A DNA stretch of 63,284 bases, the filler included, from Lenisia limosa (lineage: Eukaryota > Protista > Breviatea), in the NCBI GenBank assembly GCA_001655205.1. It is 8 parts of 8 records of this genome, joined end to end, with 100 filler letters (N's around TTAATTAATTAA, not from the genome) between each part and the next. Parts side by side here need not be neighbours in the genome. Positions count along the whole stretch, not along the records: positions 1 to 11,947 come from LPNZ01002942.1; positions 12,048 to 21,902 come from LPNZ01009352.1; 6 more parts are not named here. The stretch is one strand, 5' to 3'. Numbering within the stretch: position 1 is the stretch's first letter; each line of letters begins with the position of its first letter. A model generated the notes under the pieces. The model was not told where the DNA came from. It searched no databases and worked only from the letters and a program-made list of their open reading frames with translations. Of this stretch, positions 1 through 12,200 are shown piece by piece. The position numbers and the translations under genes are program-made.

Positions 1-19
1 AATCCAGCATTTTGAATAG

Positions 20-3000
20 CATGCCCGAAGATGACAAGGCTCGCTTTGATCATGCAACCTCAGTGGTATGCTGGGAATTTGAATATTCTTTATCTCTGGG
101 ACTCATTGGCAAAAATTGGGTAATTTTAAACAAGTCAGTACCCTCAAGAGAGCTGTGTGAACAGAGCTATGGTAAAGGACAAGATCAATTACCTTTCATC
201 AATAAGATGAGCACATTTAGAATAAAATAGAAAAGGTTTTGTATACTTGTTGTGGGTCTGATACACTTTGTGTTTTCAGTTGAACAAGTTGCATTTTTAC
301 TGACGGTGTAGGAGAAGAATGCCACTGAACATATAAAAAATCTGACGCAAGAAGTGGTTCAACTGCAGAATGAAGGAAGGAGGAATGAAGAGGAGGAGAG
401 GAAGAGGATTGAAGAGGAGGAGAGGAAGAGGATTGAAGAGGAGGAGAGGGAAGAAGAGGAGAGGAAGAGGAAAGAAGAAGAGGAGAGGATGAGGAAGGAG
501 GAAGAAGAAAGGATGAAGGAAGAAGAGGAAAGGAAGAGAAAGGAAGAAGAAGAGAAGAAAAAGAAGGAGGAAGAGAAGAAGAAGAAGGAAGAAGAGAAGA
601 AAAAGAAGGAGGAAGAAGAAAAGAAAAGGAGGAAAGTGGAAGAGGAAAAAAAGAAAAGGGAAGAAGAAGAAAAGAAGAAGAAAGACAACAAATCGAAGAG
701 TTATTCACAACAAAAAGGCAAGGACAGTTACATCCTCCAACTCAATGAAAAGTCTTTCAAAGGTTCGCTCAAAATTGTAAACACAGAATTTCTCAAAAAT
801 CTGCAAGATGCAAAGCAACCGTTATGGTCCACACCTTGATTTACAACTCAGAAACGCTGGAGAAAACCCTCAACGAGAAGTCGGAAACCTTCGTGACCAT
901 GTATCTGAGTAACCCCCCCTCAGGGACACAGAACCCTGGCCAGCTTTGCTACGTTAACTCTGTGGGTGGAACCTCCGAGATTACTGAACTTAAACTAGAT
1001 CGTTTAGATCTCAAATTTTGATTTTTCTTTAACAACTCAGGTGATTGTTGCTCTTATGGCAACACCGGCGTTCCTTGGTCTCCTCAATACTGTGAGTTAG
1101 GATTTCACTTCAGTCAGTGGCAAATTATTGAATATGATCTCGATTTTCCAGGTTGCATTACCCCCTTCAGATTCGTGGATCCTTTATCGCCGCTGCAATA
1201 TCATCTAAAGTTACTAATCCAAAGGAGCTCAGTATTTTCGGACTTCATAAAGACATCTATGATGACGTGGGTGGGTCTTGTGGAGACATCTATGATGACG
1301 TGGGTGGGTCTTGTGGAGAGTTATGTGTGGGTGGGTCTTGTGGAGAGTTATGTGTGGTGGGATGTGTGAAATCTGGGCATGAATCTAAAATCAAACACAG
1401 TATTTGTGAACTTGGTGTCAAACATATTCTACGGTGAATTTAAATTTGTGTCTTTTTGTGCCCCACTTCAGACATCTCACTTATGCACAGAACAAGGCTA
1501 TGGATCTCGACCAGCTCTTCGGTTTAAAGGTCCACACAACTCAAGGCAAAGAACGTCTATTTGACGCCATGCCCCTTACTTGCAGCTTGTGGGGGGGATA
1601 CTTGCAGCTTGTGGGGGGTGGTTATAGTGGCCATTTCTTCTCTCAGCAAGAGAGTATCGATGCAGCTCAGGTCCCTTTTTCTCACAAGGTAGAATCAAAA
1701 TTGCTGTCATGATGATGGATGGGGTTCCTGTTATCCCGAAGGAGATTCTGGAGCGTTTTGCGCTTTCCCCGAGTGTATGACAGGCTGGCTTTGTGGAAAG
1801 GGCATTAACATATTCTGAGAGCTATCATATCGAATGGTTTCATACGCATTTCCACCGCATTTGCTACCTTTACCTGCTTGGGATCTCTTGACAAACATTT
1901 ATTCCCTTTCAAGCAGCAATTTCAAGGCTTCTCATCTTTGCAGCAACATCAGGAAGACGCACACGAGTTCTTAACTACAATCATCTCCAAACTGGACGAT
2001 GAGCTCACCCATAGTTTGCTTGGTTTTCTCACACCTGCCGCTGCACTTTGGTCTGATACCAGATCGTTATGACTAAATGAAAGAATTTTTGATTAATACC
2101 AGTGCCCACGATTCTAATTCTGCAGACTTCAAGGTACCAGCAGTGTTCATGAAGCAGCTGAGCCACCCCCAAAAGGTCTCTATCACAGGCCCTCTCTATA
2201 CCAAAGAACCGTCATGTAGCTCTACCCCTGAACTTGTCACGTTTATTTCTTCGGTAAGCCTTCCCGTTTACCCTCCTTTGTTTACCCCCACCTCCAAAAG
2301 GTTTGTTCTTTTTGGCCACTACTACTAGCCCCTCTCCTCCTCTCTTCTTCGTCTTCACCCTCTTCTTCGTCTTCTTCTTCTTCTTCTTCTTCTTCTTCTT
2401 CTTCTTCTTCTTCTTCTTCTTCTNNNNNNNNNNNNNNNNNNNNNNNNNNNNNNNNNNNNNNNNNNNNNNNNNNNNNNNNNNNNNNNNNNNNNNNNNNNNN
2501 NNNNNNNNNNNNNNNNNNNNNNNNNNNNNNNNNNNNNNNNNNNNNNNNNNNNNNNNNNNNNNNNNNNNNNNNNNNNNNNNNNNNNNNNNNNNNNNNNNNN
2601 NNNNNNNNNNNNNNNNNNNNNNNNNNNNNNNNNNTCTTCTTCTTCCTCCTCCTCTTCTTCTTCTTCTCCTCTCCTCTTTCACCTCTTGAGTAGTATCACT
2701 TTTATATTTCTTATTTTTTTTTATTTATCATCAAAAATAACATTTTACTTCTTCCCCCCTAAAGGAAGGCCCCGTGGAAGATTGTTTAAGGGCCGAGATG
2801 AATAGTCACGTGCAGCTGTCCCCCAAAGACAACCCCGAGAAGGAGGTTGGCTGACATAGGATTATACCCCCTTGAATAGAGGTCGCGAGACTCTTTTCTC
2901 ACAATCTAGATTCCCCACAAAAAGACATGGCAGTTTGAATGGGCTCCACAGACATTGATTGTGTCGCGGAGAGTGGTTCAGTATTCCCAGCAAGGTGCTG

Positions 3001-4080
3001 CCAAAGTAGGGGGGCGTGACATTTTCAGTTCCAAATAGGAAGTCTTTTATGTATTCATCAATTGTTTAGCCAAGCGAGTTGAAAAATTGGGGTTTACTTC
3101 CCCCACAGATGAAGACTGGAAACTCGACCCGTCAAAACAAACTTGAGTTACCTGCATCAATGTTTGCCACTGGTGAACCGGCCGTGTACCATTTGACATC
3201 AGGTTGGTGTGAAAGCACTATCTTTTTTCGAACTATAGCCTTGTTCTGTATTATATCTGACTAATTTAGGGGTTACGCACAAGGGCAAGTTGGTGTCAAA
3301 GGGACACTACACGTCTACCACCGTCACAAAGAATAAGAATAACAAACATATTGTGTACTCCCTGGTTGATAACGATGAGGTTTGAGAAGCTGTATTGTTG
3401 CCGGTATTCTCTAAATTGTTTTCATTGTTCTCGTAGTTCTCTGTGTGTATTCATAATTCATAATATGTGATGTACATTGGCTGTATAATTGAGCTTTCAA
3501 GGCAATTCTTTTCATTTTTGTCGCTCATGGCTAATTCCTCACAATTCAGGTCAAGACTCTTAGCATGGAAGATTTCTCGAAGAAAGACTATTACCTAATG
3601 TTCTATACCCTTGCTCACAGCAGACCAAAGAAAGATGATAGAAAAACTCACGAGAGGAAAGATGAGAAGAAAGATGAGAAAAAAACTCACAAGAGGAAAG
3701 ATGAGAAGAAAGATGAGAGGAGGTTTGAGAAGAAAGATGAGAGAAAAACTCACGACAAGAAAGATGAGAGGAAAGTTCACGAGAAGAAGGGTGAGAAGAT
3801 AACTCACGAGAGGAAAGATGAGAGAATCACTGAGAAGCATCATAAGAAAGAAGACAAGAAGAAGGAATCATGGGGGGACTCTGTTGAGGATGACGACGTT
3901 CTTCCAGCCGAAAAGCCCTATACTTCTGAGCACAGGCCGAAGCCTCGGCCAAAGCCGCAGTCTAAACACATGCAAGAGCCGAGTGTCAAAGCCAGGAAGA
4001 AAGGCTCGGAAAGTGAAGTACGTTCCGCTGACCAAAGACCCGAAAGAAGGGAGTCCAAGAAGTACTCTAAACAGGGCTAG
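20..4080 (+). CDS. Ubiquitin-specific protease (peptidase C19), multi-exon, 5' end probably outside the window
   Basis: Spliced exons give Cys box GTQNPGQLCYVNS|VIVALMATPAFL (~925-1092), Q box QQHQEDAHEFLTTIISKLDDEL (~1940-2010), YHLTS|GVTHKGKLVSKGHYT His box (~3190-3320) and terminal DYYLMFY (~3590). K/E-rich coiled coil upstream, K/D/E-rich tail ending TAG 4078-4080. Confidence 0.85.
2330..2690. repeat. (TTC)n trinucleotide microsatellite in a USP intron, interrupted by a gap
   Basis: TTC/CTT runs on both sides of the N gap 2424-2634. Confidence 0.9.
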
Positions 4081-4396
4081 GGGTGGGGGTTAGGATGGAC
4101 TGATTTTACTGGTGTTTTTGGGAATCTTCTAATGTACTATTGTGTTTTTACTTATTGGCCTTCCAACCAATTTATTACCCTTTATTACCCTGGCTTAGGA
4201 ATGCGATTTTTTGGGAGGAAGGAGTGCGATTAAATGAGCAGCTTTATACTCCTTGCTTTCATTTGGTCCCTTTAAAGGTTTCAGGCCACAAAACACATAT
4301 TGAGCTGCATTTCCTTCATAACCAACAGACCTCAGTGAAGTACATCAAAAAACAGTCTCTCTTGTGAGACAAGCAACGTAACATAAAACCATACAC

Positions 4397-7300
4397 CTAA
4401 CTGTGACACTTTTCCATTGGCAGAAGAGAAGGCGGCCGATTGTCCTTGTCCTCAGGTCGCGGGAACTCCACATCAACATCCGTGACGTCAAGTTGGACAA
4501 TTCGGCATGTCGGCCTGTTATAGGTTTCTTTTCGGAAGAGCGTTTGGAACTCCATCCCTGCAAGATGAGGCCAAAAAACAATGATTCAAACACATTAGCA
4601 TAGTCAAAGCACTACAATGCAGTACTACTATCGTGTCAAAAACTCCACAGAAAAAGCTATTCAGACCAATAAGCTCGAGAATCGTGTGATAAAACCTACC
4701 CTTTAGTTGAAGCCCGCGGTCATGGGAACAGACAACACGGATCGGCTTTTTCATTTTGCGCTTCTTCCGCCCTACGGAATAAGAGAGGATTGATTGTACT
4801 CACAAAAAGGGTAGTCTATTTATCCATATCATATGATATACTATACATACTACATTTACTACATTATATACTACATATGATATGACACAATCTATCATAC
4901 AAAACATATATATCATAGGATAGAATGTCATGACTTCACATTATCGAATATGATATTTTTTAGGTATAATATGATATTTCAAGGCTATGGAGTGGTCGCA
5001 CCAGATCGCTCCTGAGAAATGCGCTGTTGCTCCAAGTCAACCTGGAGGATTAAAGCAAAACAAGAAAGGATGTATTATTAGTGTTGTTGATTCTAAATTG
5101 CAAGGCAACAGAATAGTCACTGATAGAGTGTTAAGTACTCCCTACATGTGTTTCACTTTTGTCAAACTGAATTTCTCATAAATCCACGACAAATATCGGT
5201 ATTTGCCGGAAGTGAAGCCTACCTCAGGCTTCGCGGGTTCTTTCGGAGCCTTAAGAAGCAGAGGTTCTTCGAAATCCGGCAGGTCAGAGGGGGCACCAGG
5301 GTCCCTTCCGTGACTAATGTTGTGCAGAACTTCGGCTAGACAAGGTTTTGTTCGTCCGTCATCACCATGCACAAACTCCTTGATGTACCTAGGGTATCAC
5401 CAACAATCATACACTCATCCCTATTATTAATCTACCATCACCAACAAAATCTCCACCATCACAATAAAACCCCATGAAAAGCGCCACACCATCCCCCTCA
5501 CGTGCCGCCCTGTGTTGTGAGATGAACTTCCATCCAGTTGGGTGCGAACCGTCGGCATTTAAGGGAGTAAATAGTGCGCGGCCGCTCGAGGTCGGCTCGT
5601 CTGCAGGATATAACATGGGGGCATAAAGTTATGGGATAAAACTATTAAGCTTTGTTGCAGCTGAAGGCTCCCACAATTTAATGGCAAGGAGGAGCCAGGT
5701 CATATCCTGAGTCTATCAGTTCATCATACTCCAATCGTCCTTTCACAGTCCGGTGCCCCCAAATCCCGCTATCCTCCCCTGGTAATTGCCCTTCAGCGTC
5801 ACAAAACAAATACTCTTTGCGTATATTACAGGATGTGCATTGTTGGTTTTATGACTGGTATGCTATTAATTTTGCTATCTTATTCTAGGAACATCTCTTG
5901 ATGGGATTTACGTGGCTCTTGTTGAGCTGAGCTGAGAAAACTGATTTTTTTCAAGTATAAGTTGATTCTTCAAACACGGCTACTTACTCTCTAGTTTGAT
6001 AAAGACAGCATTAGTCCTAGATTCATCTCCCATCTCGCATGTGACATGCCAAAAAATTTACAAGTTTGCTAAATAAAAAGAGAAGCAAATATTACATCGC
6101 AGAAAGAGTTTAGGCATCTTGCCGAAGGAGGAATGGTAACTGAAAAGGGACAGCATGGGGGGATATAGCAGAAAGTAGGCGGGTTGCCAATCACACTCCC
6201 CTTTACCTATGTGAGACTCTACCAGGGGTCTGCTGTTTAACATCAAAGGGAGGAATGTCTTGGATCCTCTCTGCCATTTCGTTGCTAATCACCTCAGATG
6301 ACCACACGACACAGGACTGTAGGGTGAGACGTGGGGGGATGAGAACTATCTTGGTTTGTAACATTCTATCATGAATAAATATAGAAATATATTTATCGAG
6401 CATGAAATGAGAAATCCGCTCATTTTTGGTAGGCGAAATGCAGAATGGCAAGGCGGATTAAGTATTTTGAGCATTTTTACCCCCTCCCCCCACACACAAG
6501 AAATTATCATCCAATGATTAGGCTCCCCATTTACATAGCTTTTTCGTTTATCACTCGCTGCGGCTCTCAGAATGGCCATACTTTCACTACGCGAATGAAA
6601 ACAAACAATTTGTTATATAGCAAAACACAATGACAAAAGATTTACATAGGATTAGGAACCAACCGTGACGGTAAGCAGAGTTCTGAAATCTTGAGGCTAG
6701 CTGAACAGTCACAAATAAGTCAAGGGAACAAAGGAGCATTTACTAAGTTGAACAAAGTACAATAAGAGAACTCATAATTTGAATTGCCTACAAGTTGACT
6801 TATTGATCTCGGACTGAATATGCTCAATTAGCTTCTTGTCAGGAATAAAACGACCGTTCACAACTTCAATTGCAAAGGGCCTTCCGGACTGTCCAAATCA
6901 GAACATATCATGGCTTAGAAAAAAAGCAATGTTGGAAAGGTTGAATAACTGAAAACAAAATGAAAATTAATTGATTATCCCACCCCAAGCATTCGGACGT
7001 TTACGTCTTCCCTCCCAGAGCTGCTGAATTTGAACTCTATAATCGTAAACAACAGACTGCAGTATGTGTGATCTTCAAAACATCCCACAGATCATGGTCA
7101 GGTTTCAGAGACAATATTTTTCAGCGCTTCACTACTTTATAAAAATATTATAAATTGAGTGATGGTTATCAGTATCAAAGCAAAATCAATTTAGCTACCT
7201 CACGTCCAAAAAGGATCATGACTCACCATCACTCGGGATGTACTTCTTCATTACATCAATAATGGCGGTTTCCACTGATTCTAAAGACCGTNNNNNNNNN

Positions 7301-10300
7301 NNNNNNNNNNNNNNNNNNNNNNNNNNNNNNNNAGGACCGCCTCATCTGATCAAGATAAAGCCAACTCTACGCTCAATAGTTGAAGATCAATGAATAATAT
7401 TATCTGGATTATAAGAATATATAATTCACTCATAATTTGTTAAGAACACCATAAAGCTTTCTACCTGTCACCGTATGTAACTCACCCGGATAGAACGACC
7501 AAAAAGAGTTACTCATCCGACGACTGAATTTGCAATAGCGACCTGAAAGTAAGCGAAACAAAAAAAAGGTATACAGAGCCAGATCGAAATTAAACCCAAC
7601 AGATATATAAAATCATAATAATATAGTATACAGTGACCGGGATAAGTCTTGACCGATATTCCCTGGGAAACTACGTAGTAAATTGGTCAAGACTTATTCC
7701 GGTCACAGTATGATACACCGTCCATATATCTGTGAATTTTCCTCTATCTGTGAATTTATTTAAAATATGCGATAAATTTGCTCAAAATATGGCATAGAAC
7801 TAAGAAAATTGTCGTAACACTCTTGTTGCCTAAAAAAAAAAAAAAAAANNNNNNNNNNNNNNNNNNNNNNNNNNNNNNNNNNNNNNNNNNNNNNNNNNNN
7901 NNNNNNNNNNNNNNNNNNNNNNNNNNNNNNNNNNNNNNNNNNNNNNNNNNNNNNNNNNNNNNNNNNNNNNNNNNNNNNNNNNNNNNNNNNNNNNNNNNNN
8001 NNNNNNNNNNNNNNNNNNNNNATCAAGGAAAATGTTCATTTGGCTTGTTTTCACAGTTAGAGAATTCACAGGTATATGGACGGTGTGTACTAAATCATAC
8101 TATATTATATGATATAATATAGCATATACTACATAAGAGACAAAATACAGATTAAACTCAATAGATAAAATCTAGATATGACAAAAAAGAACGAGAGGGG
8201 GAAGACTCAGCAAGAAATTTGTATCTTTTCTCATTGTATAATTGGTTATCAGTTTCATTGTAACCCCAATGAGCTCCCACCTCCAATGAAGTAGCCGAAT
8301 CGCTTAAATCGCAGGGACATAGAGGGGGTAACAACTGGGCGCGGCGGCGGCACAAAGTCCATCCTACAGAGTGAGCCACGTGAAGTGTGTATCTGGCTGT
8401 TGTTTCCTGATACGGGCTATGAAGAGTGGTGACAAATCGACTTATCACATCTCCCTAAATATCCCCACTTCTCAAAGTCCTCATTCGTCATGCTGTCCAA
8501 TAATCCATCCACGACTGTCAATGAATGTTGCTGATCGACTCGCTAAATGGTAAACAAAACGTCTGGAAAAATGAGACGAAACATCTTAGTTGAATCAAGG
8601 TTTATTGCTTTCTACTTTAATTGTGTTAAATAGAGAGATGGGAAATAAACAATAATAAGAGAGAAATTTGCAACAAAATAACTAAATTCAACTCTTCGAT
8701 GTACCACTTCCAACCAACCTTCCTGCCGCTGAAGTCCCTCTTCCTGGGCCTTTCGAGAGGCTTGAGAACCGGGTCACTCTCGTCAGCCTCGCCGTTGAGG
8801 GTCACATGCGCAAACATCATGGCCTGGGGTGGTGAGGTGGTGGTGTTTGTTCTAATGAGAGAAAACATGTACTTTTACTGATAGAGTATAGTTGGGGTAA
8901 CAACTGGGCGCGGCGGCGGCACAAAGTCCATCCTACAGAGTGAGCCACGTGAANNNNNNNNNNNNNNNNNNNNNNNNNNNNNNNNNNNNNNNNNNNNNNN
9001 NNNNNNNNNNNNNNNNNNNNTATCCATCAAACTCGAGCCCTGGATACCTCATGAAGAACCTCCACACCCAAAATGGTCTGGAACAGTGGTACCACCCGGA
9101 ATCGGAAGGCATCCTTGGCAGAAATAATAGGAACACTACAAGGTGATGATTATCAGGGTGAGTTCTTGAACTTTGTCAAGAAAATTCAAAGATTAGAGAT
9201 GAAGACCAGATTGTATTTTTTTGAAGTAAAAACTGCAATTTTAGTCAGATAACAAAAAATCAATAATTATCATTAGAATGTCAGAGAGTCGATTCATGGG
9301 TTCAAAGCGAAAGCGTCCTACATTTGAGTGTACTGCATTGCGATGCGCGCGGCTCTATCGCGTGTTTTGATTGATGGAGATGTCACCACTCCGACACGAA
9401 TGTTGGCGATGTCCTTGTAACCTGGGATGGTTAGAAATGGAAACATTGGATCTGATATGCACTTTCGAACCAGCTATGACAATCATAAACCTCGCCCACC
9501 TGCAGCGGGGAACACAGGCATAACTTCTGCAGTGCACAGGTTAGAATCCAGGATCATCTCCGGCACCAGAGGCTGAAAAGGCTCAGTACCAGGTCGCAAG
9601 CCCTCGTTGAGTCTTTGACCGAGCTTGGCCGCCTCCGTACGGCTCCATTCCGACTGTTCGGGGGCTATCATACCGCAAATCAGGTGACCGAGCTTTTCCT
9701 CTCCCGTTTGGAGGAGGCCTAAGCAGAGCGGACATGTACCTAAGATATGAGCCAAACAATAATGAGATATGAGCCAAACAATAATGAGATATGAGCCAAT
9801 AATGAGATATGAACCAAACCAATAATGACTGTGAAAAAGCAGGAATGAAGAGTCAAAAAATGTGAATCCAAATAGCTATTCATAAACCAGATTATATAAA
9901 TGAAAATCCCATTCAGATTGCCTTGTCAAGAAGTAGCACTCACCTTCTTCATCACTCTCCCCATTGAAGTACTTGTTGGAAATCTCCTGTGATATTAATG
10001 CAGAAAAATATTATTAAATGTTGACTTCACGAATCAAAACTCCAAAATTCTGCTAATCTTACTAAAAAGCCATGCAAACCGTGTTTGAAGCTTTATATAC
10101 CGACTCTGCGTCAATGAACGCGAAACGCAAACGACATCTTTGGCAACAACTGAATGATCAATTCAAGTCTACAAGCGTTTTGATTCATCTTCAAGCTGTC
10201 ATGTTCAGCCTACCTTAGAGTTTTGTGGATGTTAGCAAGGGTCTTTTTAAGTTCCTCTGGACTCTTCTTGGAAACTGGGGCTTCAGGAGACGCCTCGCTT

Positions 10301-10320
10301 ACTGGTGAATCCTCATTCAT
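4397..10320 (-). CDS. PUS10: tRNA pseudouridine synthase Pus10
   Basis: Minus-strand exons encode LGTCPLCLGLLQ, YFIG|GRYCKFSRRMSNSFW, catalytic FKFSSSGREDVNVRML (~6990-7035), QQTPGRVSHR, YIKEFVHGDDGRTKPCL (~5335-5390) and CRIVQLDVTDVDVEF, in the order known for Pus10. ATG 10320 (MNEDSPVSE), TAG 4397. Confidence 0.93.
7631..7708. mobile_element. Family A palindromic MITE (Tc1/mariner-like, CAGTG ends, TA flanks)
   Basis: TA-CAGTGACCGGGATAAGTCTTGACC...GGTCAAGACTTATTCCGGTCACAG-TA; near-complete hairpin of 78 bp. Confidence 0.85.
7714..8087. mobile_element. Family D non-autonomous TIR element (gap inside)
   Basis: Ends ACACCGTCCATATATCTGTGAATTTTCCTCTATCTGTGAA and its reverse complement at ~8045-8087. 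A second, oppositely oriented copy lies at 29805-30213. Confidence 0.75.
9743..9826. repeat. Tandem minisatellite, ~22-nt unit x4, in a PUS10 intron
   Basis: Repeated AATAATGAGATATGAGCCAAAC with small indels. Confidence 0.85.
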
Positions 10321-10644
10321 CGCAAGGACAAGGGGGTGACGGACTTGATCTGCGAATTACCCGGCTCAAAATATTCCTATTACAATTATGTGTCAGTTAA
10401 GTCTATAATTAAAAGAGGAAAGAGCCTAGATTTTTTCGACAAAATTCAAATTTGAGATCATAGATCCAATAAATGCGATAAAATAGTTTAGTAAGTTAAT
10501 AAGTGCTTATTACGTAGTCGTATATACATAGCATTAAAAACTCTTTGGGAATTAGTATGATTGAGCACCTCTACCAGAAACATTTTTAGTTCTAGTTGCG
10601 CTGAAGTGCTGTGATAGTTCTTATTCGTGTTAAAATAGAATATA

Positions 10645-11776
10645 ATGGCTCAAAACGAGGAATTTCGTAAGTTTTACGCAATTTTTTTTCTTCCCCGTTT
10701 TCTTTGAAGATTGGAAATTATTAGACTTAGGTGGCCTCCGCCCCCCTTCTCCACTCTGTTCTGAGGCTGTTTACCTCCAAAAAAGCGAAGTAGATGACCT
10801 GGATGAGCTTCTTCCCGGACTTGCAGCCCTCCCAAAGCTCCAGAAGTTGTACCTTGAAGTAGGGTTCTCCTTTCACAAGCGTTGTAAATTTCCAGTCTTT
10901 GTTTCAACTTTTCTAAATTCTCTTTCAGGGAATAATTTCTCCTTTCCTCTTAATGGTAATAGACCCACTTTGCTCACTCCCTTTATTCAACTCTCACAGC
11001 TCTTGGGCTTCTTCTCCGTTTACAATCCAACTCAGGATAATTGATCATTTCTTTCCTTTCCCATTGCTTTCTTTCTTTCATGTGTAGTTTGTCTGGAATC
11101 TAACTTTCCATTTGACGAAGTGGTTTTGAGTGACCAGCCATCTTTTATAACTCCGTCTCTGACTGCCTTCTTCGCTGCTTCCCTGCTTCTGTCCATTCAT
11201 TGTGGAAGCAGAAAATATGGCGTAACGTACAATCACAGTTTTTATCATTCATCATTCCTTTCCTTGTTAAAAGAAAGGAGGGCATAATTGGGATTTGTTA
11301 GACCCTCTGATGTGCTTTGTGCTGTTAAGGGCTGCACAGAGTATCTTGTGCAGTAGTGAAGTTGTATTACTAAGGCTTTAATCCAGTCCCATCAGTATCT
11401 TGATTAATTCCCAAGAAGCTTACAACTCACCCCTCAGAGCAACCGAATCACCAGTGTGCCCAAAGATCTCTCAGTCCTCTCTTCCCTGGAGGTCCTGGAC
11501 CTTAGCGATAACCCCATTAAATGGGGGGTGACCACCAAGGGTATTGGGAGGGGGGCTGCTGATAGTCAAACTATTGTATTTCCTTTGTCTTTCATGACTG
11601 GTTCATTTGTATGGACTGAGCTGTAATTGATACTATTTTTCGCTTCCAATTGAGTAGTGCTCGTAGGTCAAGCTAACCATGCAGGCGAATTATGGGGTGC
11701 CGACAACCTCCTTCCAGGACTTCAGTCCTTACCTCTCCTCTCAAGACTCAGACTACCTCTCCCCTCAGAACCCCAG
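10645..11776 (+). CDS. Leucine-rich repeat coding exons (separate gene, or N-terminus of the downstream acyl-CoA oxidase)
   Basis: ATG 10645 (MAQNEEF|gtaagt). Exons LDELLPGLAALPKLQKLYLE, SNRITSVPKDLSVLSSLEVLDLSDNPIKW and ELWGADNLLPGLQSLPLLSRLRLP fit the LxxLxxLxLxxNxL pattern. Confidence 0.7.
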
Positions 11777-11887
11777 GTTTGCGGATCGCTTATTGTCATT
11801 GATCAGTACTCTTATCTACGGGATCGCTTATTGTCATTATAATATCTTATAATATCTAAAGCTGTGTGCATAGAGTTGTAAGGCAAC

Positions 11888-11947
11888 TGATTGGGTGAAT
11901 TAATATTATACTATAATCCAATATCTCTTTCAGCGTGATGGTGTGGA
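11888..11947 (+). repeat. Family C dispersed repeat (truncated by gap)
   Basis: TGATTGGGTGAATTAATATTATACTATAATCCAATATCTCTTTCAGCGTGATGGTGTGGA, shared with 7 other loci. Confidence 0.8.
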
Positions 11948-11991
11948 NNNNNNNNNNNNNNNNNNNNNNNNNNNNNNNNNNNNNNNNNNNN

Positions 11992-12003
11992 TTAATTAAT
12001 TAA
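11992..12003. other. Artificial six-frame-stop scaffold linker TTAATTAATTAA (also 21947, 27913, 29559, 32131, 37805, 46535)
   Basis: Identical 12-mer centred in a ~100-nt N spacer at seven positions. Confidence 0.95.
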
Positions 12004-12048
12004 NNNNNNNNNNNNNNNNNNNNNNNNNNNNNNNNNNNNNNNNNNNNT

Positions 12049-12102
12049 CATTTGGCTTGTTTTCACAGATAGAGGAAAATTCACAGATATATGGACGGTG
12101 TG
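12049..12102. mobile_element. Family D element end (rest lost in gap)
   Basis: TCATTTGGCTTGTTTTCACAGATAGAGGAAAATTCACAGATATATGGACGGTGTG matches 8037-8087. Confidence 0.75.
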
Positions 12103-12200
12103 ATATGGCATTTTGTCACATATCTTTGGTTGACATTGAATATTGGGATTTTTCTTTTCTTCTTTTGCCCCCCCCCCCCACAAATACTCAATGTCTGTAG

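Noticed and set aside
217-708. Antisense ORFs rich in S/F/L/P
   Set aside because: They are mirror frames of the purine-rich E/K exon; the same holds for 3595-3843 and 44578-44823.
2212-2689. Long ORFs containing X runs (here and at other gaps)
   Set aside because: They are open only because N bases are not read as stops.
8894-8953. Exact 60-bp duplicate of a PUS10 acceptor and half exon (original 8325-8383)
   Set aside because: It abuts a gap and is identical, so it is most likely a contig-end artefact; similar case at 16585-16650. Raw reads would decide.
9743-9826. CRISPR-like array (also 51255-51338, 36050-36135)
   Set aside because: The units are contiguous with no unique spacers, lie in eukaryotic introns, and no cas genes are present.
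9940-9990. SprT-like metalloprotease reading of QEISNKYFNG
   Set aside because: The exon lies within the N-terminal part of the PUS10 model and no HExxH motif follows.
11992-12003. Recurrent perfect palindrome TTAATTAATTAA as a biological motif
   Set aside because: It is always centred in fixed-length N spacers and encodes stops in all six frames, so it is an assembly linker.
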